A stretch of 64,000 nucleotides of DNA from Candidatus Jacksonbacteria bacterium RIFOXYB2_FULL_44_15 (GTDB lineage: Bacteria > Patescibacteriota > Patescibacteriia > UBA9629): positions 19,277 through 83,276 of the forward strand of contig MHJY01000005.1 of assembly GCA_001818235.1 (NCBI GenBank), read 5' to 3'. Made by a program: the position numbers and the translations under genes. A model generated the notes under the pieces. It saw nothing but the letters and a program-made list of their open reading frames with translations, was not told where the DNA came from and did no database searches. This document shows positions 38,133-47,097 of the stretch, in pieces; the stretch's first letter is position 1; each line of letters opens with the position of its first letter.

Positions 38133-38978
38133 CTATTTTTTCCGGCGATTTTTACGGCGCTGTAGTATTAGTTTATCGGAATATTTACGTTTTCTGTTTT
38201 TTACGCCAAGAGCTGGTTTCCCCCACGGCGTTTTGGGGTGTTTTAAACCAATTGGCTGATGCCCTTCTCCGCCGCCATGCGGGTGATCAACCGGGTTCAT
38301 TGATTTGCCCAAGACGGTCGGTCTGAATCCTAAATGTCGACGGCGTCCGGCTTTGCCCAGACGAATATTACTGTGATCTGCGTTGCTGACATCCCCGATC
38401 GTCGCTAAGCAATTTTTTTTAATTAAACGGATTTCGCCTGACGGCATTTTTATTTGCGCATAACCGCCCTCAGCCGCTTGGATAAGACACGACATGCCGG
38501 CACTTCTGGCGATTTCACCGCCTTTACCCGGCGTTAATTCGATGTTGTGAATCAGTATTCCGGAAGGAATTTTTTCCAGCGGTAACGCGTTGCCCGGTTT
38601 GATTTCGATATTTTGCGTAATAGAAGATAAAACAGAGTCTCCTTTTTTTAAACCTTTAGGCGCTAAAATATACTTTTTTTCTCCGCCGGAATATTCGATT
38701 AAAGCGATGTGCGCAGACCGGTTTGGGTCATACTCTAAAGAAATAACTGTTCCTGGAATATCAAAATTGTTTCGTTTAAAGTCGATTATCCGGTAATAGC
38801 GCTTGGCTCCCCCACCGCGGTGACGCACGGTAATTTTTCCCTGATTATTGCGACCCGCTTGTTTTTTTAAAGCGATAACTAATGAAGAAGCCGGACGTTT
38901 TTTATCCAAATAAGAGGTGTCCACTACGCTGGCGCCGCGTCGGCCTGGTGTTGTAGGTTGATAATACTTGATAGCCAT
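38133..38978 (-). CDS. rplB: 50S ribosomal protein L2
   Basis: [21 protein letters not shown]. Confidence 0.99.
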   Translation of the reverse strand: MAIKYYQPTTPGRRGASVVDTSYLDKKRPASSLVIALKKQAGRNNQGKITVRHRGGGAKRYYRIIDFKRNNFDIPGTVISLEYDPNRSAHIALIEYSGGEKKYILAPKGLKKGDSVLSSITQNIEIKPGNALPLEKIPSGILIHNIELTPGKGGEIARSAGMSCLIQAAEGGYAQIKMPSGEIRLIKKNCLATIGDVSNADHSNIRLGKAGRRRHLGFRPTVLGKSMNPVDHPHGGGEGHQPIGLKHPKTPWGKPALGVKNRKRKYSDKLILQRRKNRRKK

Positions 38979-38981
38979 ATT

Positions 38982-39482
38982 TTAAATGCCCTCGTAAATA
39001 TCAAGAGTCTTACCAGTCGGCAAAGTGACGATTGCTTTCTTCCAATTTTTTCGTTTGCCCTTAATGCGTCCAAAGTGCGTGCTTTTTCCTTGACTGGTAA
39101 TAATGTTAATTTTTGTTGGTTTGATATTATAAATTGCAAAAATTGCTTTGGCGATTTCGATTTTATTCGCCTGGGGATGAATTTTGAAAACGTACTTATT
39201 TTCTTTAGTGAAGTGGGTGCTTTTTTCGGTAATATGTGGCGCAAGTAAAATTTCGGCATACTTCGCCGCCTTGGCAATGTTGGTTTTGTCCGCGACTGGT
39301 TTTCCAGCTGGTTTCTTACCGGTGTTTTTGGCGGATGATTTCGCGGCCGCCTTGCGTTGTGGCTTTTGTGGCTTGGTTTCCGCGGCAACGCCATTTTTTT
39401 TCGCGGCTGTTTTATTAACAGTTGCGGAAGGCTGGTTTGATTTATCGGTTAATTTTTTTGTAAATTTTTCGAATAACGCCAT
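38982..39482 (-). CDS. rplW: 50S ribosomal protein L23 with N-terminal extension
   Basis: PHITEKS, ANKIEI, WKKAIVTL; about 70-aa K/A-rich leader. Confidence 0.95.
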   Translation of the reverse strand: MALFEKFTKKLTDKSNQPSATVNKTAAKKNGVAAETKPQKPQRKAAAKSSAKNTGKKPAGKPVADKTNIAKAAKYAEILLAPHITEKSTHFTKENKYVFKIHPQANKIEIAKAIFAIYNIKPTKINIITSQGKSTHFGRIKGKRKNWKKAIVTLPTGKTLDIYEGI

Positions 39483-39491
39483 ATTATTTTA

Positions 39492-40145
39492 TTAATTTTT
39501 TTGCGTTGCGCCCGTGTTCGCGGCGTGAGTTTTTTCGATTCTTTCGACACCCTTAACCGTGGTTAGTAAAGTGTCCGCCCAAAGCAATTCGCGCACATTT
39601 AAGCTGTCCGCCGCGGTTAGCTTAATTTTTTTGATTTGGCGGGCGGATTTAACGATCTTATCATCTTTGACCGGTAAACTGAGTAATATTTTTTTATCAT
39701 TAATTTTAAGATTTTTAAATAAATCAACAATATTTTTGGTTTTAATAACATCAAAAGACAATTGTTCCAAAATTATCAGCGCCTTTTCGTTCACTTTTTC
39801 GCTTAAGGCCATCATCAAAGCTTGCGTTTTAACCTTTTGATTGACTTTTATCTTAAAATTACGCGTATTAAGCGGCCCAAACGTAATGCCTCCACCGCGC
39901 CATAGCGGCGAGCGAATTGAACCATGACGCGCGCGGCCGGTGCCTTTTTGCTTCCATGGTTTCTTGCCGCCACCGCGCACTTCCCCGCGTGTTTTAGTAT
40001 GAGCGACATTAACGCGGCTATTGGCTTGTTGCGCGACGATGACTTGATGCAAGATCCAAGATTTCGTTTTAACTCCAAAAATTTTCGGATTTAACGATAT
40101 TTTCCCAGTTTCATGCCCCTCAATGTTGTAAATAGGTAAATTCAT
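39492..40145 (-). CDS. rplD: 50S ribosomal protein L4
   Basis: RGEVRGGGKKPWKQKGTGRARHGS. Confidence 0.98.
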   Translation of the reverse strand: MNLPIYNIEGHETGKISLNPKIFGVKTKSWILHQVIVAQQANSRVNVAHTKTRGEVRGGGKKPWKQKGTGRARHGSIRSPLWRGGGITFGPLNTRNFKIKVNQKVKTQALMMALSEKVNEKALIILEQLSFDVIKTKNIVDLFKNLKINDKKILLSLPVKDDKIVKSARQIKKIKLTAADSLNVRELLWADTLLTTVKGVERIEKTHAANTGATQKN

Positions 40146-40169
40146 TTTAATTTTCTTGCGGAAAGTGCA

Positions 40170-40796
40170 TTAAACGCTATTTTTAATCTTTAATAAAGTT
40201 CCGCGCGGACCGGCGATCGCTCCTTTTAAAAAAAGCTCATTTTTTTCCGGCTCAATTTTAATAATTTCTAAATTTTGCACTGTTATTTGGGTAAATCCCA
40301 TGTGCCCGCCCATGCGTTTTCCGAGAAAAACGCGTTGGGCATCGGTTGCGCCGATAGAGCCAGGCATCCGCGACTGATCTTTATGCCCATGCGTAGCCGG
40401 ATGGCCGTGAAAACCATGACGTCGAACCACACCCTGAAAACCTTTGCCTTTTGAGACGCTGGTTACTTTAACTTTTTCTCCGGCAATAAACATGTCCACG
40501 GTAATTTTTTCTCCAACCTGAAATGCTTGCTCTTTAATCCCTTTGGGAATTCGAAATTCGCGCAAAGTATTTAAATTTTTGCTGCATTTTTTTAAATGAC
40601 CGCGTTCGGGTTTACTTATGCGAGTGGCCGCAGTCTCCCCAAAACCCAGCTGAATTGCCTGGTAACCTTCTTTAGCTGAAGACTTTATTTGCGTTACATA
40701 ACACGGGCCAGCTTGAACTCGCGTTATCGGGATTAGCCGTCCGGTGGGGCTGAATATTTGGGTCATATTAAGTTTTTTGCCTAAAATGTATTTCAT
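40170..40796 (-). CDS. rplC: 50S ribosomal protein L3
   Basis: GYQAIQLG, SKGKGFQG, PGSIG. Confidence 0.98.
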   Translation of the reverse strand: MKYILGKKLNMTQIFSPTGRLIPITRVQAGPCYVTQIKSSAKEGYQAIQLGFGETAATRISKPERGHLKKCSKNLNTLREFRIPKGIKEQAFQVGEKITVDMFIAGEKVKVTSVSKGKGFQGVVRRHGFHGHPATHGHKDQSRMPGSIGATDAQRVFLGKRMGGHMGFTQITVQNLEIIKIEPEKNELFLKGAIAGPRGTLLKIKNSV

Positions 40797-40801
40797 GCCG
40801 A

Positions 40802-41356
40802 TTACATTTTAATTTCGATATCGACGCCGGCTGGTAAGTTTAAATTTTGCATATCTTCCATAGTTTTGGCCGTCGGTTCGTAAATGTCAATTAAGCGTTT
40901 ATGCGTTCTGATTTCGTATTGGTCGCGCGCGTCCTTATGAACAAAAGTGGAGCGGAGGACAGTAAATTTTTTTATGTCCATCGGCAAAGGAATCGGTCCG
41001 ACTACTTCCGCGCCGCTGCGCCTGGCTGTATCGATAATCGTTTTTGTTGATTTATCGATAACTTTATGATCGTAAGCCATTATTTTAATCCGAATTCTAG
41101 TTTTTGCTTTTTCTTCCTTTTCTTTGCGAGCGGGAGCGGGCTTCTTGTGGCTTTTCAAGTTTTCTTTTGGTTTTGAATCAGCCGGAATTTTTTCGTTATC
41201 ATCGGCAACAACTGGAGCGGCAACCGCGATTGCGCTATTTTTTTTGATATTTTTAACTTTGGGCTTACGCGCGCTAGTAACTTTTTCGGGCATAGCTTCG
41301 GCGGTGGTAGGTTCCGTTGTAGTTGTATTAGTAGAAGTGGTTTTTTTATCTGCCAT
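40802..41356 (-). CDS. rpsJ: 30S ribosomal protein S10 with long N-terminal extension
   Basis: [22 protein letters not shown]; about 80-aa T/K/A-rich leader; start set at MADKK. Confidence 0.93.
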   Translation of the reverse strand: MADKKTTSTNTTTTEPTTAEAMPEKVTSARKPKVKNIKKNSAIAVAAPVVADDNEKIPADSKPKENLKSHKKPAPARKEKEEKAKTRIRIKIMAYDHKVIDKSTKTIIDTARRSGAEVVGPIPLPMDIKKFTVLRSTFVHKDARDQYEIRTHKRLIDIYEPTAKTMEDMQNLNLPAGVDIEIKM

Positions 41357-41403
41357 AGTTCTTCTTCTCATAATCACTCCGCGTAAATAATTTAAGGGAG
41401 TGA

Positions 41404-41449
41404 TAAAATAAGGAGCCCCGGTTAAAAAGAGTCGGGGCTCTTTATTTTA
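41404..41449 (-). terminator. Hairpin/terminator between tuf and rpsJ
   Basis: taaaataa-ggagccccg...cggggctc-tttatttta inverted repeat. Confidence 0.65.
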
Positions 41450-41459
41450 AGTCTCAAGA

Positions 41460-42653
41460 TTATTTGATAATTTTCGTTACCACGCCACAGCCTACTGTCC
41501 GGCCACCTTCACGAATGGCATAGCGCATTTTTTCTTCCAAAGCTACCGGCATCAGCAATTTTATTTTTAAGCTGACGGTATCTCCAGGCATTACCATTTC
41601 GGTGCCCTCTGGCAATTCGACTTCTCCAGTTACGTCTGTGGTGCGAATGTAAAACTGCGGTTTGTAACCTTTAAAAAACGGAGTATGCCGGCCGCCTTCC
41701 TCTTTGGATAAGACATAAACTTCTGCTTCGAATTCAGTGTGAGGAGTAATTGAGCCGGGTTTAGCGAGTACCATGCCGCGAGAGACTTCATCTTTTTTGG
41801 TGCCGCGCAACAACAAACCAGCATTGTCTCCGGCGCGTCCTTCATCCAGTTGTTTATTAAACATTTCGATGCCGGTTACCACTGTTTTAAAGCTTTTTTC
41901 TCGCATACCAACTATTTCCATTTCTTCGTTTACTTTAACAATACCGCGATCAATTCTGCCGGTTACCACTGTACCGCGACCCTCGATGCTAAATATGTCT
42001 TCTATAGGCATCAGGAAAGGTTTGTCAACGTCTCTCTCCGGTACAGGAATGTATTCATCCATCTGTTTGATTAATTCCAAGATCGGTTTTATTTTTTCCG
42101 CGTCAGTGGGGTTTTGCAGAGCCTGTAAAGCGGAACCGCGGATAATCGGAGTTTTATCACCCGGAAATTCATACTTATTGAGCAAATCGCGAATTTCTTC
42201 CTCCACTAAATCAATTAATTCCGGATCTTCCACTTGGTCAACTTTATTTAAGAAGACGATGATGTAAGGGACGCCGACTTGCCTGGCCAACACAATATGC
42301 TCGCGGGTTTGAGGCATCGGGCCGTCGGCCGCAGACACAACCAAAACCGCTCCGTCCATTTGGGCGGCGCCAGTGATCATGTTTTTTACGTAATCAGCGT
42401 GTCCTGGACAATCAACGTGGGCATAATGCCTTTTATCGGATTCGTATTCAACGTGAGCAGTGGCAATGGTGATTCCGCGTTCGCGCTCTTCTGGAGCATT
42501 ATCTATTTGATCAATTGATTTATCTTGTGCATTTTTCCCTTGTCCGCGTAAAACTTGCAAAATAGCTGCTGTTAATGTGGTTTTGCCATGATCAACGTGT
42601 CCGATTGTTCCGACGTTGACATGGGGTTTTGTACGTTCAAATTTTTCCGCCAT
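41460..42653 (-). CDS. tuf: Elongation factor Tu
   Basis: [29 protein letters not shown]. Confidence 0.99.
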   Translation of the reverse strand: MAEKFERTKPHVNVGTIGHVDHGKTTLTAAILQVLRGQGKNAQDKSIDQIDNAPEERERGITIATAHVEYESDKRHYAHVDCPGHADYVKNMITGAAQMDGAVLVVSAADGPMPQTREHIVLARQVGVPYIIVFLNKVDQVEDPELIDLVEEEIRDLLNKYEFPGDKTPIIRGSALQALQNPTDAEKIKPILELIKQMDEYIPVPERDVDKPFLMPIEDIFSIEGRGTVVTGRIDRGIVKVNEEMEIVGMREKSFKTVVTGIEMFNKQLDEGRAGDNAGLLLRGTKKDEVSRGMVLAKPGSITPHTEFEAEVYVLSKEEGGRHTPFFKGYKPQFYIRTTDVTGEVELPEGTEMVMPGDTVSLKIKLLMPVALEEKMRYAIREGGRTVGCGVVTKIIK

Positions 42654-42770
42654 GATTTACATTTTTACGAAATAACCCCTCCGAATTCATCGCGGAGAGT
42701 TTTACCCAGTTATTTCGCGTATAATTTTAATTATTAAATAAGTGGTTTAAAAATAAGAAAAAAACAATTT

Positions 42771-43184
42771 TTATTCTTCGATTGTTTCCAGATAAAAATT
42801 ATCTTCCTCGTTTGTTGCTTCTTTGTCAAGATCGAAATCGGCTTCTCCATGTTTCGAGTCCTGACAATTGTTTGTCAAAAGAAAACTATTATCCAGCTCA
42901 GGATTAGTTTCTGCCAAATTCCATTGTGCAATATCAAAATTGATTTTAGCTAAAAGTTCATCGCTTGTCAAGTTTTGGGGTGCCTGGGCAATTGCGGAGC
43001 CCCTTGTTTCTAGCTGGTTAATGTTTTCTGGCGAGCTATCGTCACCACTTTTCCGCCTTAATTTTTGGTATGCGCCGTAAGTCATGAGTACGCTTTGCGG
43101 GGCACCTTCTTGGTCGACGATGATTATTTTTTCGCCATCCTCCAGCGGGGAAAGCAATTTAATTGTTTGTATTTGATTTTTCAT
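42771..43184 (-). CDS. Hypothetical protein with acidic C-terminus
   Basis: 137-aa ORF overlapping the end of pheA. Confidence 0.65.
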   Translation of the reverse strand: MKNQIQTIKLLSPLEDGEKIIIVDQEGAPQSVLMTYGAYQKLRRKSGDDSSPENINQLETRGSAIAQAPQNLTSDELLAKINFDIAQWNLAETNPELDNSFLLTNNCQDSKHGEADFDLDKEATNEEDNFYLETIEE

Positions 43185-44463
43185 ATTTTTTTTGCGGCGC
43201 CAAGGTAATCGCCAAAGTATCGAGGTAATCTATATAATATCGCAGATCATCGATATTATAATTCGCCAGATCGCGTACCGACACTTCTTTATTTTTTAGA
43301 AGTTTGATGACTATGGCTTGCAGTTGGCGCGACATTTTAAACATTTGTTGATAAGGCTTTACGAGCCCGCTAAAAGGTTTGATTTTGGCCAGCAGTGTCG
43401 CTTCTCTGGATTGATCAAGAATTTGTTGCTGGTGATTAAATTTGTATAAAGCCACTGCCGGGATCAAAAGCGCTCTGGTTAATAGAATTTTTTTGGTGGC
43501 CGGTGAACTGGCGGGCTGGCGGAGAATTTGTTTTTTTAATAATTCCAGCTGTGCCCGGACAAGCGGATGTTGCTGGTTTGCCTTAAAGATTTGTTCGATT
43601 CGTTTAACGTTATAAGTAATGATTGCTTGTCGGTTATAAGTGCCAAGCTGGGGATAACTGCCGAGAACAGTAACTTGCGGATGGATTTTTTTGAGGCGGT
43701 TGAAAAGTTTTTTGGCCAACGGATCCGCGGCATCAACCAATAAATCAATAAAAAAGCCGTATTTCCACGGTTGATGCAGAAGCGGCCGCGATTGGATAGA
43801 GGTTAGGCTGATGGCGTTTTCGGCGAAAGCTTCGAGCAGGTGTTGCAAAGCGCCGACTCGATCATGGATAACCAAATAAAGGCTTGTTTTGGTGGGCAAG
43901 GCATAAGGCGCGATTCCATGCATGGAGGCTTGATTTTGGCCGACCACCCAAAAGCGAGTTAGGTTGTTTTTACTATTGCTGATATTTTTGGCCATTATGG
44001 ACAGCCCGTAAATTTTGGCGGCCGCGCTGGACGCGATCGCGGCGCTTTTCGGCTCATGAGTGGCGATAACAACGGCTTGGGAAGTGGATCCGGTTTCTCT
44101 TTGCGCTACCCCGGGTAAATTGGTTTTCAGCCATTTGCTGGTTTGGGCCAGCGCATGGGGGTGAGAATAAATCACTTTTATTTTATCGAGGCTTGTTTCT
44201 TTGGAGAGCAAGTTTTGAATTACCGGCAGATTAAGCTCAGCGATTACTTTTAATTTTTTTTCCAAAATAAAATCAAGCGTGCGAATAACCATGCCTTCAA
44301 GGGAATTTTCGACTGGCACAATGCCCAAGTTCCCTGGGTTAGCCTGAACCGCCTCCAAAACCTCTTCGATATTATTTTCCGAGATCAGTTGGCTGGGGGC
44401 AAAAAATTGTAGGCCGGCTTGGTGGGTAAAAGAAGCGCCTGGCCCTAAATAATAGACTTGCAT
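43159..44463 (-). CDS. pheA: Prephenate dehydratase-ACT with C-terminal chorismate-mutase-like domain
   Basis: LGPGASFT, VPVENSLEG, SHPHALAQ, NLTRF, IQSRP, LGSYP; C-terminal R-x10-K-x8-D-x2-RE...SxxxQ...LRxxIDxLD. Confidence 0.85.
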   Translation of the reverse strand: MQVYYLGPGASFTHQAGLQFFAPSQLISENNIEEVLEAVQANPGNLGIVPVENSLEGMVIRTLDFILEKKLKVIAELNLPVIQNLLSKETSLDKIKVIYSHPHALAQTSKWLKTNLPGVAQRETGSTSQAVVIATHEPKSAAIASSAAAKIYGLSIMAKNISNSKNNLTRFWVVGQNQASMHGIAPYALPTKTSLYLVIHDRVGALQHLLEAFAENAISLTSIQSRPLLHQPWKYGFFIDLLVDAADPLAKKLFNRLKKIHPQVTVLGSYPQLGTYNRQAIITYNVKRIEQIFKANQQHPLVRAQLELLKKQILRQPASSPATKKILLTRALLIPAVALYKFNHQQQILDQSREATLLAKIKPFSGLVKPYQQMFKMSRQLQAIVIKLLKNKEVSVRDLANYNIDDLRYYIDYLDTLAITLAPQKKYEKSNTNN

Positions 44464-44523
44464 ATGTAGTGATTAAAGCATATGATAATTTAGTAATTTA
44501 GTCAAAGTAAATGAGTCAAATTT

Positions 44524-45609
44524 ATGAGCATTAATACCGATATGGCGCAAAAGCCAAAATTGGTTGTTATTCTTGGGCCCACGGCTTCGGGCAAAACGAG
44601 CTTGGCACAGGCGTTGTGTCAAAAATTTTCCGGTTTTATTATTTCCGCTGATTCGCGGCAGGTTTATCGGTATTTGGATATTGGGACAGCAAAAGTAGAG
44701 ACGCCAGCTGATTTACAGTTTTTACGCCGGCAACGGCAAGAAAACTTGGCTGATGGTCGAATTTCCGCGGCAGAATATCTGATCGAGATGCGCGGAATCA
44801 ACAATTATATGATTGATCTGGTAGAGCCGAGTCAGGATTATAATGTGGCGCTGTATCAGAAGGATGTTTATAGCATTTTAATTTCTAATTTTCAATTTCT
44901 AATTTCTAATCAAATTTCAAATTTCAAATTTCAAATGCCTACCTTGCCAACTGGCAGGCGGCAGGCAGGTCAAAAGTCAAATATCTTTTTGGTGGGAGGG
45001 ACGGGTCTCTATATAGATGCGATTGTGGATAACTGGATGTTGCCGGCTGGTGAGCCAGATCTGAAGTTGCGCGAAGTGCTGGAGCGTGAGCTGGAACGCG
45101 ATGGACTTGAGACTCTCTATAATCGCTTGATTAAACTTGATCCAGATTGCGCGTCATTCATTCAAACTAAAAACCCGCGGCGAGTGGTGCGGGCTTTGGA
45201 ATATGTGCTTGCCACTGGAGGCAAATTTTCCGCTGGTCGAGGCAGATCAGAACGTCAATTTAATGTTTTAAAAATCGGTTTTGATTGGCCGAGGCAGGAA
45301 TTGTATCAGCGAATTGATGCCAGCGTGGAGGCGCGAATTAAACTTGGGATGATTGAAGAAGTCGAAGAACTGTTGAAAATGGATGGTTTGAGTTTTGAAC
45401 GTTTACAACAGTTTGGTTTGGAATATCGAGTGATATCAAATTATCTGATAGGAAAAAGCGGATCTTTAGCCGAGCTGATTCAACGGCTCAAATGGGACTC
45501 CCATGCTTATGCCCGTCGCCAGCTCACCTGGTTTCGGCGGGATAAGGAGATTCAGTGGGTCAAAAATGCGGCGGAAGCTGAGAAGTTAGTGGCGGAGTTT
45601 ATTAAATAG
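44524..45609 (+). CDS. miaA: tRNA dimethylallyltransferase
   Basis: GPTASGKT, SADSRQVY, VGGTGLY, YARRQLTWF. Confidence 0.96.
   Translation: MSINTDMAQKPKLVVILGPTASGKTSLAQALCQKFSGFIISADSRQVYRYLDIGTAKVETPADLQFLRRQRQENLADGRISAAEYLIEMRGINNYMIDLVEPSQDYNVALYQKDVYSILISNFQFLISNQISNFKFQMPTLPTGRRQAGQKSNIFLVGGTGLYIDAIVDNWMLPAGEPDLKLREVLERELERDGLETLYNRLIKLDPDCASFIQTKNPRRVVRALEYVLATGGKFSAGRGRSERQFNVLKIGFDWPRQELYQRIDASVEARIKLGMIEEVEELLKMDGLSFERLQQFGLEYRVISNYLIGKSGSLAELIQRLKWDSHAYARRQLTWFRRDKEIQWVKNAAEAEKLVAEFIK
44878..44983 (+). repeat. Heptamer array (AATTTCT/AATTTCA) plus nested GGCAGG palindrome, in frame in miaA
   Basis: About 8 heptamers, then cctaccttgccaactggcaggcggcaggcagg, then tcaaaag tcaaata; reads ISNFQFLISNQISNFKFQMPTLPTGRRQAGQKSN. 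Confidence 0.85.
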
Positions 45610-45612
45610 TGG

Positions 45613-45660
45613 CAAGTATCCCGCCTACGCAAAGGCTTCGGCGGGCAGGCAAGTATCAAG
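45613..45660 (+). repeat. CAAGTAT array interrupted by a 30-bp CTTCGGCG element (intergenic)
   Basis: caagtatc[ccgcctacgcaaaggcttcggcgggcaggc]aagtatcaag. Confidence 0.85.
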
Positions 45661-45666
45661 AACTGG

Positions 45667-46596
45667 TTAATCTTTAATCAAGAAGAATTTTTCCCCATTT
45701 TTTTGCGTCATCTCAATAACTTCAGCCACGCTGATTTTTTTTATGGTAGCAATTTTTTCGGCGACATACTCTACATACAATGGTTCGTTGCGCTGGCCGC
45801 GAAAAGGTTCTGGACTTAAATACGGGCAATCGGTTTCGATCATTAACCGGTCAAGCGGAATTTGGCGGATCGCGTCAATCAAATAGTCGTTAACATTTTT
45901 ATAAGTGATAACGCCGGTTACAGAAATGTAAAAACCAATGTCCAGAAATTTTTGAATGTGCTCAAAGTCGGCTAAACAGCAATGGAGAACGCCGCGAATT
46001 CCGTCATTGCGAGGAATGAGCGAAGCGAATGACGAAGCAATCTCTGATTTTGGGATTGCTTCGCTACGCCTTTCGAACTCCGCTCGCAATGACCGTAACA
46101 AATCATCGTAAGCATCAAACGTATCACCCGTCGGACGGCAGTGAATGACTAAGGGTTTGTTAAGTTCATTAGCCAATTTAACGTGTTCGAGAAATAATTC
46201 GCGTTGAGCGTCATGGTTGTCAGCAACTCTATAATAATCAAGCCCAGTCTCCCCGATCGCCACGACTTTAGGATCACCGGCTAACTCTTTAAATTTTTGA
46301 TAGTCCCAAATGTGAGCCGGATTATTATTTGCATAGATTCCTGCTTTCCCTCCTTCGCACAAGGCTTCGGAAGGGCGCGGCGCAGGAATGACAGAGAGAT
46401 GTGTTGGATGCAAACCGACGGTCGCGAAAATCGGGTCATGTTTAAATTCTTGAGCGATGTCGACAGCTCGCTTCGACGTCGCAAACTCAGTTCCAACCAA
46501 ATTTAAAAACATCCCTTTGGCGAGGGATTTGGTTATTATTTTATGGTAATCTTGGGCGAAGGCTTTAAAGTTTAAATGAGCGTGGGTGTCGTACAT
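45667..46596 (-). CDS. tatD: TatD-family deoxyribonuclease with two palindromic inserts
   Basis: DTHAHL, GLHP, AIGETGLDY, IHCR, ETDCPY. Confidence 0.93.
   Translation of the reverse strand: MYDTHAHLNFKAFAQDYHKIITKSLAKGMFLNLVGTEFATSKRAVDIAQEFKHDPIFATVGLHPTHLSVIPAPRPSEALCEGGKAGIYANNNPAHIWDYQKFKELAGDPKVVAIGETGLDYYRVADNHDAQRELFLEHVKLANELNKPLVIHCRPTGDTFDAYDDLLRSLRAEFERRSEAIPKSEIASSFASLIPRNDGIRGVLHCCLADFEHIQKFLDIGFYISVTGVITYKNVNDYLIDAIRQIPLDRLMIETDCPYLSPEPFRGQRNEPLYVEYVAEKIATIKKISVAEVIEMTQKNGEKFFLIKD
46003..46093. repeat. 91-bp GTCATTGCGAG...CTCGCAATGAC palindromic element in frame in tatD
   Basis: 11-bp terminal inverted repeat plus inner cgaagcaatc/gattgcttcg inverted repeat. Confidence 0.9.
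46335..46393. repeat. GATTCC...GGAATGAC palindrome carrying a nested 33-bp element, in frame in tatD
   Basis: agattcctgctttc[33 bp]gcaggaatgaca versus the empty copy at 51716. Confidence 0.9.
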
Positions 46597-46597
46597 T

Positions 46598-47095
46598 TTA
46601 TATCCCCGGTATCGCTATACTTATATATTTTCCGAGCCAAATGAAGAATGGGACTAATCGCGATTCAGATAGTAATTTTGGAAGTTCCGAAGACCATGCG
46701 TAAGCCTGAAAAAAATAAAAGAAAACCGCCATAACCACTATTGAACCGAAAAAAGCGACCAATCCCCCGCCCAAACGATTGACTGTTTTTAAAAGCGGTA
46801 AGTTGAAAATTTTGTTGGCGATTTCCACTGCCAGCGACAAAAACAGCGAAACGAACCAGTAAACGACCACAAAAGCCGCAACTTTCCCGAGCGCGTTATT
46901 ATTAAGAAGATAAGGCGCAAATAGCGGCGCCAATATTTTGGAAAATATTCCGGCCAGAAAGATGCTGACGATAATCGTCGCCAAATTTCCCACCACCCGG
47001 ATAGCGCCGAAAAAGAAACCTAAGCACGTGGCGAAGATCAAAAAAAATATTATCAGAAAATCAAAAATTGAAAGTGAAGTAAATAATTGAGACAT
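46598..47095 (-). CDS. CvpA-family membrane protein
   Basis: DFLII...GFFFG.IR; VNRLGG; four TM segments. Confidence 0.8.
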   Translation of the reverse strand: MSQLFTSLSIFDFLIIFFLIFATCLGFFFGAIRVVGNLATIIVSIFLAGIFSKILAPLFAPYLLNNNALGKVAAFVVVYWFVSLFLSLAVEIANKIFNLPLLKTVNRLGGGLVAFFGSIVVMAVFFYFFQAYAWSSELPKLLSESRLVPFFIWLGKYISIAIPGI

Positions 47096-47097
47096 AG

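Noticed and set aside
28600-42600. Many + strand ORFs of 60-165 aa over the ribosomal operon and tuf
   Set aside because: Antisense shadows of highly conserved genes with no independent motifs
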